Positions 12,520 through 27,044 of a DNA stretch of 64,000 bases are shown here, piece after piece (position 1 is the stretch's first letter; each line of letters starts with the position of its first letter). Position numbers and translations under genes: made by a program. Under the pieces are notes generated by a model. The model was not told where the DNA came from. It saw nothing but the letters and a program-made list of their open reading frames with translations, and did not search any database. The DNA is from Amoebidium appalachense (taxonomy: Eukaryota; Protista; Ichthyosporea). The stretch is taken from positions 2,258,768 through 2,322,767 of the forward strand of contig CAVNZM010000003.1 of NCBI GenBank assembly GCA_963693365.1, read 5' to 3'.

Positions 12520-14168
12520 CCACCACCACCACCCACCCATCTCTCTGATGTTTGCTTGTGCCCCCACAGTCGCTGCTCGAACACGCCCAAAATGGCTGTC
12601 TGTCGGACCCCCCGGCCTGCCCCTCTACTACGAGACCACTGCCGACGCAGATGGGCTCATGCGCTACCGCTGCATCCGGGGCACCAACGAGGTGGAGGGG
12701 GCAGTGCACAACCCCCTGGCCACCCACTTTGGGGCCACACGCATGTCGCTGCGCCTGCTGGACGCCACCATGTCCAATAGGCGCCACCGCCACAACCTGC
12801 GTGCACACTACCGCAACCGCCTGGGCCAGGCATCGGGGCCCCCCCACTACAGCCCCTGGATTGTTGACGACATGGAGGCACTGGCGCTGATGCTGTACGG
12901 CCATCACCTCGACCCCCAGTGGGTACCCGTAGGCTGCTACAAGCTACCGGAGGAGTACTTCAACTTTGCCCCGCTCTCCTGTGTGGCCAATGCCCCGGCG
13001 CAGGAGCCAGTTGCGGTGCCCGCACCCCCACCTCCGTCTGATAACATCGAGCCTGCAGCCAATGGCGTGATGGGCGGGCCAGAGGACTGTGAGGTCGAGG
13101 AGGGTGACGGTGCTGCCATGGGGGGGGGCAACCAGGTGGCGCGTGGTGCACCACAGCCGGACCCTGCACTGAGGGGCGACTACAAGTTCCTGGCGCAGAA
13201 GCAACATGTGGCCATCCCCTTCCTTCCGGTGCTTACCCCTCAGGAGCGCAAGCTATTCAGCACGCTGCTCCTGGGCACCTACAAGGCACATGCAAAGCCC
13301 AACGGCCAGCTGTTCGAGGCTTTGGCCCAAGACTTCAACAAGGCTGCCTCTGTGGCTGGGGGAATCTACATGAAGGATGCGGCCTACATCAAGAAGCATT
13401 TCGACAAGTGGAAGACCTGGCAGACGGCACATGCACAGCGCTCCACACACGAGGGCCTGGCAGATCACCGCAAGCGTATGCGCGAGGAGAGGGCAGACGC
13501 TGTGCCAGCAACCATACGGCCTGCCCCCTTGCCACCCCCTCCCTGTTCCAGACGGTGTCGATGCAGGGGCGCAGCGTGAGCGGCCCTTGCCCATGCTAGT
13601 GGGCAAAAAGCATCGCAACATTGGCCCTGAGGGGCCCCTGCAGATGGATTTGCCGGTGCCCCCTCCTATGCAGCCACCCCAGAGAGCCCCCAAGACCTGC
13701 AAGACGTGTGGCCGCCAGGGCAAGGGCTGCCCCGGCTCCAATCGGGCCAAGAGCTGCCCACGTTGGGTTGCAGCCAATCAGGATGCCATGCCACCAGCAC
13801 CCGCGCTTGACATGCAGCAGGGCCATGTGCCGCACATGCCCCCTGCACCCCATCCAGGCCCGCACCACCCACATGGCTGGCCCCCACCGTGGGGCATCAT
13901 GCCGCCTCAGCCCGGCCCTGCCTTCCCCATGCCTGGGCTACTGCCGCAGCACGGTCCCCATCCTTACTTGGGCCATGTGGGCCAGCCCTCGGCTGGTGGG
14001 CAGTTCCCACCCCCTTCTCGTGCATCTGCTGTGCTGGGCCTGGCGTTGCCACCTGCTGGAGAGACGCAGCTGCAATGGCACGATCGAAAGCAAAGTAATC
14101 GTGGCCGCAAGTCTGCAGGCAGCCAATCAGGATCTCAGAGTAGTCAGAGTAGCCAAACTAGTGTCTAA
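6320..14168 (+). CDS. Dada-like DDE transposase with inserted DEDDy 3'-5' exonuclease, copy B; exons 6320-7424, 8407-8595, 9567-10397, 10847-11487, 11949-12155, 12570-14168 (~1520 aa)
   Basis: Exon phases join in frame. Motifs in order: GGAREGAGRK; DUF6729-like region (RRVIDFDSCYYIITARYFC..C, FPAYLSHRSGLD); D1 LKADHTF; NELGEIR; D2 FYTDRCC; ExoI VGLDCEW, ExoII GKQIGTD, ExoIII YAALDA; DxxH NDAFH; E RGTNEVEG; Myb/SANT-like helical block; KTCKTC..GCPG..C. Two compensating C-run indels in exon 6 (~12608-12613, ~13535-13539). Confidence 0.82.
9150..9480 (+). repeat. Degenerate G-rich minisatellite (GTGGGCACATGGGTTTGGGGG core) in transposase intron 2; also at ~20150-20475
   Basis: Repeated CACATGGGTTTGGGGG...AAGG..TTGT blocks visible in the sequence. 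Confidence 0.7.
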
Positions 14169-14610
14169 TATTGGAATGTACACCAATGTAACGGATCTCA
14201 TATGTGTTGTAGTGCTTCAAGTTATACCTGTTCTTCGTACAGTCATGTTAGGGGGGAGGGGGGGGGGGGGGGGGGGGGGGGGGCTAGCTTTCATTCCGAA
14301 GTTTACTGTAAAGAATTAAAATTTAGAATCTGAGTAATAGTACAGAGCCTTTGCACTTTTCTCTGTTTGTTAGGAATTCTTTGTGATCGAGAGTATGGTG
14401 TGTTAGACTATTGGTGTTAATGTGTCCTGGAAGGTGTATAATGTCTGCTGGCCGTAGTCAGTATCTATTTTTAGGTATATAGTATATTTTTAAATGTTGG
14501 CCGCTGGCCAATAAATAGCAAATAATAAACACACGATAAAGTCAACAGCGTGCCAAAAAACTAATCCCCAGCGAGCGCACCCAGTGATGTGTGTGTGTGT
14601 GTGTGTGTCG

Positions 14611-14679
<69 letters not shown>

Positions 14680-16028
14680 CGCGCGCGTGCGTGCGTGTGT
14701 GTGTGTGTGTGTGTGCGTGCGTGCGTGCGTGTGTGCGTGTGTGCGTGTGTGCGTGTGTGCGTGTGTGTGTGTGAGTGTGTGTGTGTGTGTGTGTATGTGT
14801 GGTGTGGTGTGTGCGCGGCTTGTACATATGTACGTGTTCATGTGCACCTGTGTCGGACCTACGAAGTACATGAAAGTAAATTTTGACAGCATCGATCTGC
14901 CGGTGTGTATGTGTATGTGTGCCAGTGCAGCAGGTGTGCCTTGTAACTGATAGCTTCGCATTTTACGTGTGTGTATATATAGTAGTACGCATAGACACTT
15001 GCTGATCATTCGGATCGACATTAATATTTAATCTGTCGGTCCTCGGTTTTTTGAGTGAATGATGATCAAGTGTAAGAGCATTCACTTGGCAAGTATTAAT
15101 GTTGCAGAGGCTAGCTGCAGCTGCAAGCGTCGGATGCACACTGACAATTGTCTTTTCAGCGAGTCTAACCTGCAGGCAGCAGCTGCACACATATAGGGTT
15201 GTTATCTTGCGGCACATGCACGGTGATCATTTCAGAGTAATAGAGTTCAGAGCAATGAAAATAATGAAAATAACTAAACTTTGTGACTACTTTAAAGTTG
15301 CTGAGATCATACGTGGTGCAAGCTGCACTATGAACACATGTATAGTGCTAGTAATTAATACATTTTTGTTGCCTTCTGCAGGGTTATCGTAGCTACGTCA
15401 CGGCCTGCACTCAGGGGGGGGGGAGGGGGGGGGGGAGAGGGGGATGATTCGAAGGGGGTATAAATAAGAACATGCACCTAAAGGTCTTTCCCGTGGATCC
15501 TCCCCCCCTCCCCCCCCCCCACCTCTCCCTCCCCCGGGGCCCCATACTATGATATCTAGGCCCAATATTATATGCCCCCTCCCCCCCCCCCCCCCCCCCC
15601 CCCCTCCTCTCCGGATCCCCGGACCCCACTTCCCTACCCGGAGGCTCAAGAGCTCCCCCCTTCCCCCCCCCCTCTCCCCCCCCCCTCCCCCCCCCCCCCC
15701 AAGGCTTACGGGGGCCCTTCTTCATCGAGGGGGAGGGGGTGGGGGGTGGGGGGGGGGTGGGGGGAGGGGGTGGGGGGGAGGGAAGTGGAAGGCGGGGGTG
15801 GATGCATGTCAGCCTAGGTGAATTCAATTGTTTAACTCCAGTGTGCAGGACTGGTCTGAAGGCTTAAGAAAACAACGAGGAAATGGGGTCCAGTGGAGGT
15901 GGTGGTGGTGTTCTGTGTGTGTGTGTACACGTGCACGTATGTGTGTGGTTTTTTTAAGGGGTGAGTGGTGGTGGTGGTGGTGGTGGTGGTCACCGTGGTG
16001 GTGGTGTGTGTGTCTGGTGTGTGTGTGT

Positions 16029-16080
<52 letters not shown>

Positions 16081-16964
16081 TAGAAAGAAAAACTGCTCGT
16101 GGGTCACTGTTTTTCGTCACTGTATTTGTAACGGGCCGCTCATATTTATATAACTACTTTAATTTAAGTACACGTGTTCATTATCATATACGATGGCCAA
16201 ATATAGAAATTTTGGCGTCGAAGTTCTTGGAGCTAAAAAAACGTTTAAAAGGGGGAAATAATAGCTTGGCCCCAAATTTACCTTGCCGTTTTTAGCGAAT
16301 GTATTTTTTATTCATGAGTTCTAGTGATTCAGTGAGTGCACGTGCCTGCCTCAGGCTGATCATGACAACTGCAACACACCATTCCTACATGGATATCAAC
16401 CAAAAGAAAATAGTATATACTGTGGTGGTCTCCTAAACCTTGTGCGGCATGCGCATACATGATATTACAGTGACGCATGTGCATATTATTGTTCTGTACA
16501 CCGGAGTGTGCCGGTGCACGTGGCTGTTTTGTGCACATGTTACAATAGCAGCACGATCTCCCTAAACTCCATGTTTACACATCCCTCACCCTGGCTCTGC
16601 CTTGTCGGTGCTCCAAAACACACATACAAATCCCCCTAGACTCAGTGCCTGCACATGGTCGCATTCACGTGCAGGTCACGTGACACATGCGATGCCATAC
16701 TGCCGTCTACAGCAACAACCACGGCAGCATGTATACCGGCCCAGCACGAAATATACTTATCGGCAGCCCACTGAACTCGCCCATTTTCTCTTTTTCATGT
16801 ATGTCCCTCCTTTTTTGTAAAATCACCCTTTTTGGCCTCCCGGTAGTGGATTTTGCAGGATTTGACTTCTTTGAGGTCCAAAAACCTCAAATTTTCCCCG
16901 GCGGGGCCGGGGAGGGAGAATTCAAAAATTGCCCGCTCCTGATATGGTACCCGGGCCCATTTTT

Positions 16965-18631
16965 GGGGGGGTGCGGCATGCCAGGAGCTACTACTAGAGA
17001 GAAGGGGGGGTATGATTGGAGGGGGGGTGTTCAGCTAACCTTATATGGATAAAGCAAAGTTACAAGGATTCAAGCCATTGGTTGGGCAAGACCCCTTTTG
17101 CCGAATATGGATAACAGATCATACACTGCTGTAGGCGGCGGTCAGGAATTGGCGCGCTCTTTACTGGTCACAACCAGTCCGGGAAGGCCATGAGCAGCAT
17201 TGCCGAGCACACTGGAATACGGGAATGTTTGCGGTAACGTAGTCGCACTAGGGGGGCAGGGGGCCAGGCCCCAAGTGTTTAAAATGAAGCCAGGCTGCCC
17301 TAAGGGCACAACACAGCGCCCTGGGCATAAAACAGGCGGAGCTAGGGAGGGAGCTGGGCGCAAAAAAAAAGATGCTGCATTTGTTCAGCCTTTAGCGAAC
17401 TTTGCAGGTTTTGGGACGGCAAACAAAGCTGTTTTGCAGGAACTAAACGTAAACGTACAACCCGAACAGCCCCCTCTATCTAAGGCCGCCGACATAAGGG
17501 CCCGTGTAGTTGAGGCAGGTAGCGTCCATTCGTTACCAAGAGAAATGGATCGGGCCCCTGCTCCACACCCACCAGACATACAGGTGCAACCCGACGAGGA
17601 ACCTTTGCTAAATGCAGCAGCAGATGCGTACCGGGTAGACGAGGATGAAGGGGAGGAAGAGGGAGAAGATAATACGGACGGGGATGACGGTGGAGAGGAG
17701 TTTTCTGACGCGGCGGGCGAAACAATCAAGTCGCACCTGCACACAGTGAAAGAGAGTCTCAAAGATGAGAAGACGCCTGTGGGGTGGCATCTTCCACCTC
17801 CCATTATAGGCTTTAAATTTGGGGGCGATCCAGCGCCTTTCTACAAGTGGTGGTGGTGCCGTGCCCCTTCGATGATCACTACGTGGACCCCCACAACCAC
17901 CCCAACCCACACCGTACTTCTCGCAATGGGTTCATGAGCAACCCCGTAGGACGGCGTGTTATCGACTTTGACAGCTGCTACTACATTATCACGGCCCGGT
18001 ACTTTTGTGACACATGCAAAAAAAACTTTGCCGGCACAAACCCCCAGACAATTAAACGCCTTCCACTCTTCATGCGTGATCAGTTTCCGGCCTACCTTAG
18101 CCACCGCAGTGGGCTCGACCTAAAGGTGGTAACATTGTTGCGTGCACTGGCAGACAAAGGTGTGGGCCCAAACGCCTTTGCCACCCTCCTCTCGGAGCTC
18201 CACAAGCAGCGATACGACGAGCAGCGGCTCCTGTATTACTCGAGGGCGCTGCATTGGACCAAGTATGAACTCAAAAAGCGTAACGATTTCCGCCCCCACG
18301 ACCAGCGCCTGACAGAACTTCCCCCAGAGGAGCAGGCGGCTAAGTTCTCGGCGTTTGGTGACAAAAATGGTTACGCTGGACATGTGCCTTCAGGCAAGTG
18401 TGCACTGCATTTTGGGTGTGTAAATGGTCCCCATTGTTTTGTATGCACGTGCTTGGGCATTTTTTGGGTTGGCTTGGTAGGGTTTTGTTTTATTATTTTT
18501 TATTTTTTTTTTAGGGGGGGGGGGGACTTGGAAATGGGTTTTGGAAGTGTGGTCAATAAGTTTCTATTATGGTGGTGGTGGATGTGTGGTGGTGGATGTG
18601 CGCCTGTGAGTGTGCGTGTACTTGTGGGTCC

Positions 18632-18682
<51 letters not shown>

Positions 18683-18762
18683 GGGGGAGGGGGGACATGG
18701 TGATGGATTAGGTGGTGGTGGTGGCAATCAGTCATGGTGGTGGTGGTGGTGGTGGTGGTGGT

Positions 18763-18799
<37 letters not shown>

Positions 18800-18948
18800 G
18801 GGCAGAGGGATCATCAGAGGGGTGAAAGCATAACGGTCCATGTACCAGTGAGTGTGCTTGGGAAATCGTGGAGAACTGTTATGCCTGAAATTAGATGGTG
18901 GGTGTGCGCATGTGTGTCTGTGTGTGTTGGGGGAAAGGAGGTGGAGAG

Positions 18949-19003
<55 letters not shown>

Positions 19004-19957
19004 GGGCACATGGTGGTAGACTGGATCTTGGTGGCGGTACTTAATGGTTATTATAGTAGTGGCAGGAGGGTGTGGGGGGAAGGGCAAACGGACGTGCAGG
19101 GGACAAACTGCAGATGGGGCACAAAGGGGAAAGAAGGTGAAAGTTGGTGCAATGACTTGGAGGGTTTGCGCGCGCCGGGAGGGGGCGGGGGGGAGGGGGG
19201 GGGGGGGGAGGGGGGGGGGGGGGGCAAACGGCCGGAGATGGGTGTGTAGCGTTTTTGAGATGGGAAAAGCCATACAGACTTACGAAAATACAGAGAGGTG
19301 AGATGAACACGAGGGACTAGAGGGAATGGGGGGGATGGTCCTGATGGGAGGGTGGTGGAGTTCTAACAGTACTTGGGGTTCAGGCAAATACCTGAGTGCC
19401 GTGTATACTGAGTTCAGCGACCGCACGGCAAAGTACCAGAGCCTGGACACGCAGCTCAAGCCCGTAAACAACGTGCTCAAGGCCGACCACACCTTCCAAA
19501 TTGGGAAGCTCACCGGCATCAATGGGGAGCCTCTGTACCGAGGCCTATGGACTTGTGTAAACGAGCTTGGCGGTGTGTGGTCCCTCCTCTTCTCCCCCCT
19601 CCCCCCACTCTCCCCCAGGCCCCCTTCCCCCCCCCCCCCCCTCCCCCCCCCCCACACACGCCCACCCCCCCCCCCCCCCACACACACACACACACACGCC
19701 CCCTCCCCCCCCCCCCCCCCCCCCCTCCCCCCTCCCCCTCTAGGGCCTTTAAATCTCTTAGGCTCCACATTTAATGAGGTGGCACACTGTGAGTAGAGGT
19801 TTGTAGTATGTGGGTTTTGGGGACAATTCTTGCCCTGTCGAGCAAAAACTAGGAAGCTCCAGATATGTGTGTATGTGTTTTTGCTGGGTAGAGATTGGGG
19901 TGGGCTGGGGTGGAGCTTTCTTTTGGCGGGGAATCGGGGGGGGGGGGGGGGGGGGGG

Positions 19958-19992
<35 letters not shown>

Positions 19993-21607
19993 AGCTTCTG
20001 CCAAGCAGAATGGGAGTAGGGGCCAGTGATTGCAAGGGATGCAGGGGGGGGGGGGGGGGGGGGGGGGGAGAGACACCACCGTCGGGGTTGAAGGTAGAGA
20101 GGGCAAGAGGCCCGGGGTGGGGTGGGGTGGGGGGGGGGGGGGACAGTAGGTGCCATATGGAGGGCTGTCCCATGGTTTGGGGGGAGGGGGAGTGGGGAAG
20201 GATCGTGGGCACATGGGTTTGGGGGGAAGGCAGAGAGGGGGAAAGGATTGTGATCACAAGGGTTTAGGGGGAGGAGGGGGGAAGGATTGTAGGTACATGG
20301 GTTTAGGGGGGAGGGGGGGGGGAAGATTTTGGGGGAAAGGGAGGCCTGGGGAAAGTATGTGGGCACATGGGTTTGGGGGGAAGGAGGGGGAAGGGTTTTG
20401 GGGGAGAGGGAGGGGAAAGTATGTGGGCACATGGGTTTGGGGGGAGGGAGGGGGAAAGGATTGTGTGGGCACTGAAGTCTCGTGAAGGGCCATGTGGTAA
20501 GGGAAGCTAGAACATGCATGGCCGCTCGGAGATGCCCTCTCACACAGTGCGGCACCCCAGAGATCCGGGCGCAGGTATTTACACGGGACTGCAGCCACCA
20601 GGAGATTGAGCCCGTGATCCAGCGCATCTCTGCCACCACGGCGGCGCTCAACAGCAAGGGCCCGGCCTTCTTCTACACAGATCGGTGCTGCCAAGACCGG
20701 GCGTTTGTTGAGCGCATGTTTCCAACCCTAGCCCGGCCAAAATGCCCCGTCCGTCTGAACGAGGCTGCGCTGGTAAGCGTGACGGACGGTCTGCCTGGGC
20801 TGGAGCTGCCGGCCAACTACCCTAAGCCGGTGTACACCGACTGCCAGGGGGCGGTGGTGGCTACAGCGGCCATTCGTGCCGACCTGGAGGGGCAGCAGCA
20901 CCGCGTGGTGGGGCTGGACTGCGAGTGGGTCTATCGGGTGGGCCAGGCGCGGTCCAAGGTTTGCACGCTGCAGATTGCCACCGCACGGGCCGTGTACATC
21001 TTCCACTTGGCACGCATGGGCCCCAACCACAGCCCGCCCGCGCGGCTGGTGGACGAGCTGATTGCGCTGCTTAGGGACCCCAGCATCATCAAGGTGGGCA
21101 AGCAGATCGGCACGGACTCGGCCCACCTCAACAAGGACTACGGCACCCCTGTGGCCAGCTATCTGGAGCTGGGCCGGTTCTGCTATGCCCGTGCAGCTAT
21201 CACCTCTGCGGCCCGGGGCTTGGCCGACATCACTGCCCAGGTCATAGGCAAGAAGCTGCCCAAGCCGGCACTTGTTCGATGCTCCAACTGGCACGAGCCG
21301 CTATCAGAGGTGCAGGCCACCTACGCTGCCCTTGATGCATATGCGTCCCTGCAGGTCTACTCGGCCGTGGTCGATAGGCCAAACCTGTCAGGTGTGTATC
21401 CCACCTGCTTTTTGCCCCAGTGCTTATGTGCTTATGCCAGATATAGAAAGATTGTGGGCCCCCCAGAGGAGAGGGGAGGGGGAGGGGAGGGGGGGGGGGG
21501 GGGGGGGGGGGGTGGCTGACCACATGGGCCAGTGTTCCAGTTGTGTTATGCTGGGTGTCGGGTGGCTATCAAAGGAGGGGGTGATTGGTGGTGGTGGTGG
21601 TGGTGGT

Positions 21608-21639
<32 letters not shown>

Positions 21640-22680
21640 CTATAGCACTGTTAACACGTGCAAGTGCCACACAAGCTGGGCACTGGGAGAGGGGGGGGGG
21701 GGAGGGAGAAGGGGGGGGGGGGGGGGGGGAAGGGGGTTGCTAAGGAATATGCATTTGATTTTTGTGGAGCGAAGAGAAAAACGTTGGTGCTGTGGCTTTT
21801 TGGCTGAGTTTTTTGCTTCCCTCTATGACATGCAGCGCGGCTTCATGCAAAGGCACTCGGTGAAGGGGTTGAGATTGTGCCCCGGCGGGGCCCACATGCT
21901 GCAGCAGCCACCGGGGTGGTGCTGGCTGTGCAGCCGGAGCGCTGGGGGGGCATGAAGGTGGGCAAGAAGCATGCAGTGGTGCGGGTGGATCAGGTGCTGT
22001 CGCCGGCCATGCAGGTGCCCTTTGGCCCCGACAAGGGCAAGACCCTGGGAGAGCTGGGCCCGCCGCCCTTTGAGCTGATGGTGCACCTGCAGTGGCTACG
22101 GCCCATTCAGCCCCCACCGGACCCAGGTGCCGAGGTGCCGGTGGTCCCTGACCCAGCCCCTCCCCCTGCCAGTCCTCCCCCTGCCGAGCAGCAGCAACCC
22201 CTTGCCGGCCCACAGGCACCCCCCCAGGACCCCCAGGCAGCCCCGGGGGGCCTTGAGGCAGCCCCAGGGGGACCCGAGGCAGCTCCCAGAGAGGGCATGT
22301 TGGGCCAGGCACCGCCTGGGGAGGTGGTGTGGCAGACTGTGCTGAATGACGCCTTCCACTCCATTGCAAACACGGCGGACGGCACGTACAAGTCACACCC
22401 CCGCAGGGCTGAGTACGCACGCGCACTCAGCGAGGCAATATTTGTGTGGAATGAAGAGGATTACGGACATGTGAAGGTGCCCCCCCCCCTCCCCCCCCCC
22501 CCAAAATAAAAAATAAAAAATAAAAATAAAAAAAACGGCAACAACAACATGCGTGACTGACGCGCACACACACATACACTCGTTAGCACACACTCACCAT
22601 TCCACCCACAACCATGCACACCTTCGACAAAACTTCTGAGGGAAGAGAGAGAGCCTGAGCCTCAGAGAGAGGGGGGGCAA

Positions 22681-22718
<38 letters not shown>

Positions 22719-23267
22719 GGGGGGGGGGGGGGGGGGGAGGAGAGTGGGGGTTATTCATATGCCTAGAGAGAAATAATGTAGGGTTGTGGGGGGAAATAGC
22801 CACATGCATTTTTTACTTGTGTTGGGGGAGAAGATGGGGGGGGTGGAGGGGAGGGGTCCTACAATAACGGCAGGTATCAAAGTCTACCAAACCCAAATTG
22901 CAGTGTGCGTAGTAAATTAATATTGGCATCCTGCCTCACAGGGGGTGCTGGAGCAGAAGGGCATCGACATTGAAACCGAGCTCAAGGGCGGCGACCTGAG
23001 CTACTTCATGGAGCGCATCCGGCGGGTTATTCCCGACCCATACACGCTGGTCTCGCGGCTGGTGGAGTTCAAAAACACCTACAAGGATGTGCCGCCCGGA
23101 CCGGATGGCAAGCCTCTGTTCAAGAAGGATGGCTTTGAAAGACTCGAGGCAACATCCCCCCCCCCCCCCCCCCCCCTGCAGGCGCCCAACAACTCCACCA
23201 CCACAGAAAAGATTCTTCGCTTATTTGTCATCCTTGGTTCATCTGCACACACACGCACACCCTAGCC

Positions 23268-23300
<33 letters not shown>

Positions 23301-23315
23301 ACATACACACACACA

Positions 23316-23369
<54 letters not shown>

Positions 23370-23449
23370 CCCGCACGGCCCTTGCTGCCTAGCCAGTTGT
23401 TTTTTGCCTTTCCCTGCTCGTTTTTTTCCTTAGCAACCCCATCCCCCCC

Positions 23450-23480
<31 letters not shown>

Positions 23481-25591
23481 ACACACATACACACACACTA
23501 CCACCACCACCACCCACCCATCTCTCTGATGTTTGCTTGTGCCCCCACAGTCGCTGCTCGAACACGCCCAAAATGGCTGTCTGTCGGACCCCCCCGGCCT
23601 GCCCCTCTACTACGAGACCACTGCCGACGCAGATGGGCTCATGCGCTACCGCTGCATCCGGGGCACCAACGAGGTGGAGGGGGCAGTGCACAACCCCCTG
23701 GCCACCCACTTTGGGGCCACACGCATGTCGCTGCGCCTGCTGGACGCCACCATGTCCAATAGGCGCCACCGCCACAACCTGCGTGCACACTACCGCAACC
23801 GCCTGGGCCAGGCATCGGGGCCCCCCCACTACAGCCCCTGGATTGTTGACGACATGGAGGCACTGGCGCTGATGCTGTACGGCCATCACCTCGACCCCCA
23901 GTGGGTACCCGTAGGCTGCTACAAGCTACCGGAGGAGTACTTCAACTTTGCCCCGCTCTCCTGTGTGGCCAATGCCCCGGCGCAGGAGCCAGTTGCGGTG
24001 CCCGCACCCCCACCTCCGTCTGATAACATCGAGCCTGCAGCCAATGGCGTGATGGGCGGGCCAGAGGACTGTGAGGTCGAGGAGGGTGACGGTGCTGCCA
24101 TGGGGGGGGGCAACCAGGTGGCGCGTGGTGCACCACAGCCGGACCCTGCACTGAGGGGCGACTACAAGTTCCTGGCGCAGAAGCAACATGTGGCCATCCC
24201 CTTCCTTCCGGTGCTTACCCCTCAGGAGCGCAAGCTATTCAGCACGCTGCTCCTGGGCACCTACAAGGCACATGCAAAGCCCAACGGCCAGCTGTTCGAG
24301 GCTTTGGCCCAAGACTTCAACAAGGCTGCCTCTGTGGCTGGGGGAATCTACATGAAGGATGCGGCCTACATCAAGAAGCATTTCGACAAGTGGAAGACCT
24401 GGCAGACGGCACATGCACAGCGCTCCACACACGAGGGCCTGGCAGATCACCGCAAGCGTATGCGCGAGGAGAGGGCAGACGCTGTGCCAGCAACCATACG
24501 GCCTGCCCCCTTGCCACCCCTCCCTGTTCCAGACGGTGTCGATGCAGGGGCGCAGCGTGAGCGGCCCTTGCCCATGCTAGTGGGCAAAAAGCATCGCAAC
24601 ATTGGCCCTGAGGGGCCCCTGCAGATGGATTTGCCGGTGCCCCCTCCTATGCAGCCACCCCAGAGAGCCCCCAAGACCTGCAAGACGTGTGGCCGCCAGG
24701 GCAAGGGCTGCCCCGGCTCCAATCGGGCCAAGAGCTGCCCACGTTGGGTTGCAGCCAATCAGGATGCCATGCCACCAGCACCCGCGCTTGACATGCAGCA
24801 GGGCCATGTGCCGCACATGCCCCCTGCACCCCATCCAGGCCCGCACCACCCACATGGCTGGCCCCCACCGTGGGGCATCATGCCGCCTCAGCCCGGCCCT
24901 GCCTTCCCCATGCCTGGGCTACTGCCGCAGCACGGTCCCCATCCTTACTTGGGCCATGTGGGCCAGCCCTCGGCTGGTGGGCAGTTCCCACCCCCTTCTC
25001 GTGCATCTGCTGTGCTGGGCCTGGCGTTGCCACCTGCTGGAGAGACGCAGCTGCAATGGCACGATCGAAAGCAAAGTAATCGTGGCCGCAAGTCTGCAGG
25101 CAGCCAATCAGGATCTCAGAGTAGTCAGAGTAGCCAAACTAGTGTCTAATATTGGAATGTACACCAATGTAACGGATCTCATATGTGTTGTAGTGCTTCA
25201 AGTTATACCTGTTCTTCGTACAGTCATGTTAGGGGGGGAGGGGGGGGGGGGGGGGGGGGGGGGGGCTAGCTTTCATTCCGAAGTTTACTGTAAAGAATTA
25301 AAATTTAGAATCTGAGTAATAGTACAGAGCCTTTGCACTTTTCTCTGTTTGTTAGGAATTCTTTGTGATCGAGAGTATGGTGTGTTAGACTATTGGTGTT
25401 AATGTGTCCTGGAAGGTGTATAATGTCTGCTGGCCGTAGTCAGTATCTATTTTTAGGTATATAGTATATTTTTAAATGTTGGCCGCTGGCCAATAAATAG
25501 CAAATAATAAACACACGATAAAGTCAACAGCGTGCCAAAAAACTAATCCCCAGCGAGCGCACCCAGTGATGTGTGTGTGTGTGTGTGTGTC

Positions 25592-25661
<70 letters not shown>

Positions 25662-26991
25662 CGCGCGCGTGCGTGCGTGTGTGTGTGTGTGTGTGTGCGT
25701 GCGTGCGTGCGTGTGTGCGTGTGTGCGTGTGTGCGTGTGTGCGTGTGTGTGTGTGAGTGTGTGTGTGTGTGTGTGTATGTGTGGTGTGGTGTGTGCGCGG
25801 CTTGTACATATGTACGTGTTCATGTGCACCTGTGTCGGACCTACGAAGTACATGAAAGTAAATTTTGACAGCATCGATCTGCCGGTGTGTATGTGTATGT
25901 GTGCCAGTGCAGCAGGTGTGCCTTGTAACTGATAGCTTCGCATTTTACGTGTGTGTATATATAGTAGTACGCATAGACACTTGCTGATCATTCGGATCGA
26001 CATTAATATTTAATCTGTCGGTCCTCGGTTTTTTGAGTGAATGATGATCAAGTGTAAGAGCATTCACTTGGCAAGTATTAATGTTGCAGAGGCTAGCTGC
26101 AGCTGCAAGCGTCGGATGCACACTGACAATTGTCTTTTCAGCGAGTCTAACCTGCAGGCAGCAGCTGCACACATATAGGGTTGTTATCTTGCGGCACATG
26201 CACGGTGATCATTTCAGAGTAATAGAGTTCAGAGCAATGAAAATAATGAAAATAACTAAACTTTGTGACTACTTTAAAGTTGCTGAGATCATACGTGGTG
26301 CAAGCTGCACTATGAACACATGTATAGTGCTAGTAATTAATACATTTTTGTTGCCTTCTGCAGGGTTATCGTAGCTACGTCACGGCCTGCACTCAGGGGG
26401 GGGGAGGGGGGGGGGAGAGGGGGGATGATTCGAAGGGGGTATAAATAAGAACATGCACCTAAAGGTCTTTCCCGTGGATCCTCCCCCCTCCCCCCCCCAC
26501 CTCTCCCCTCCCCCGGGGCCCCATACTATGATATCTAGGCCCAATATTATATGCCCCTTCCCCCCCCCCCCCCCCCTCCTCTCCGGATCCCCGGACCCCA
26601 CTTCCCTACCCGGAGGCTCAAGAGCTCCCCCCTTCCCCTCTCCCCCCCCCCCTCCCCCCCCCCCCCAAGGCTTACGGGGGCCCTTCTTCATCGAGGGGGA
26701 GGGGGTGGGGGTGGGGGGGGGTGGGGGGAGGGGGTGGGGGGGGAGGGAAGTGGAAGGCGGGGGTGGATGCATGTCAGCCTAGGTGAATTCAATTGTTTAA
26801 CTCCAGTGTGCAGGACTGGTCTGAAGGCTTAAGAAAACAACGAGGAAATGGGGTCCAGTGGAGGTGGTGGTGGTGTTCTGTGTGTGTGTGTACACGTGCA
26901 CGTATGTGTGTGGTTTTTTTAAGGGGTGAGTGGTGGTGGTGGTGGTGGTGGTGGTCACCGTGGTGGTGGTGTGTGTGTCTGGTGTGTGTGT

Positions 26992-27044
<53 letters not shown>

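Larger units (their letters stand above)
5999..16958 (+). mobile_element. Dada-like DNA transposon, full-length copy B
   Basis: Single spliced DDE transposase gene with an internal DEDDy exonuclease; no TIRs. Subterminal inverted heptamer CAGGAGC (6016-6022) / GCTCCTG (16935-16941). ATTTTT on both sides (5993-5998, 16959-16964). Exact termini uncertain by a few bp. Confidence 0.75.
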
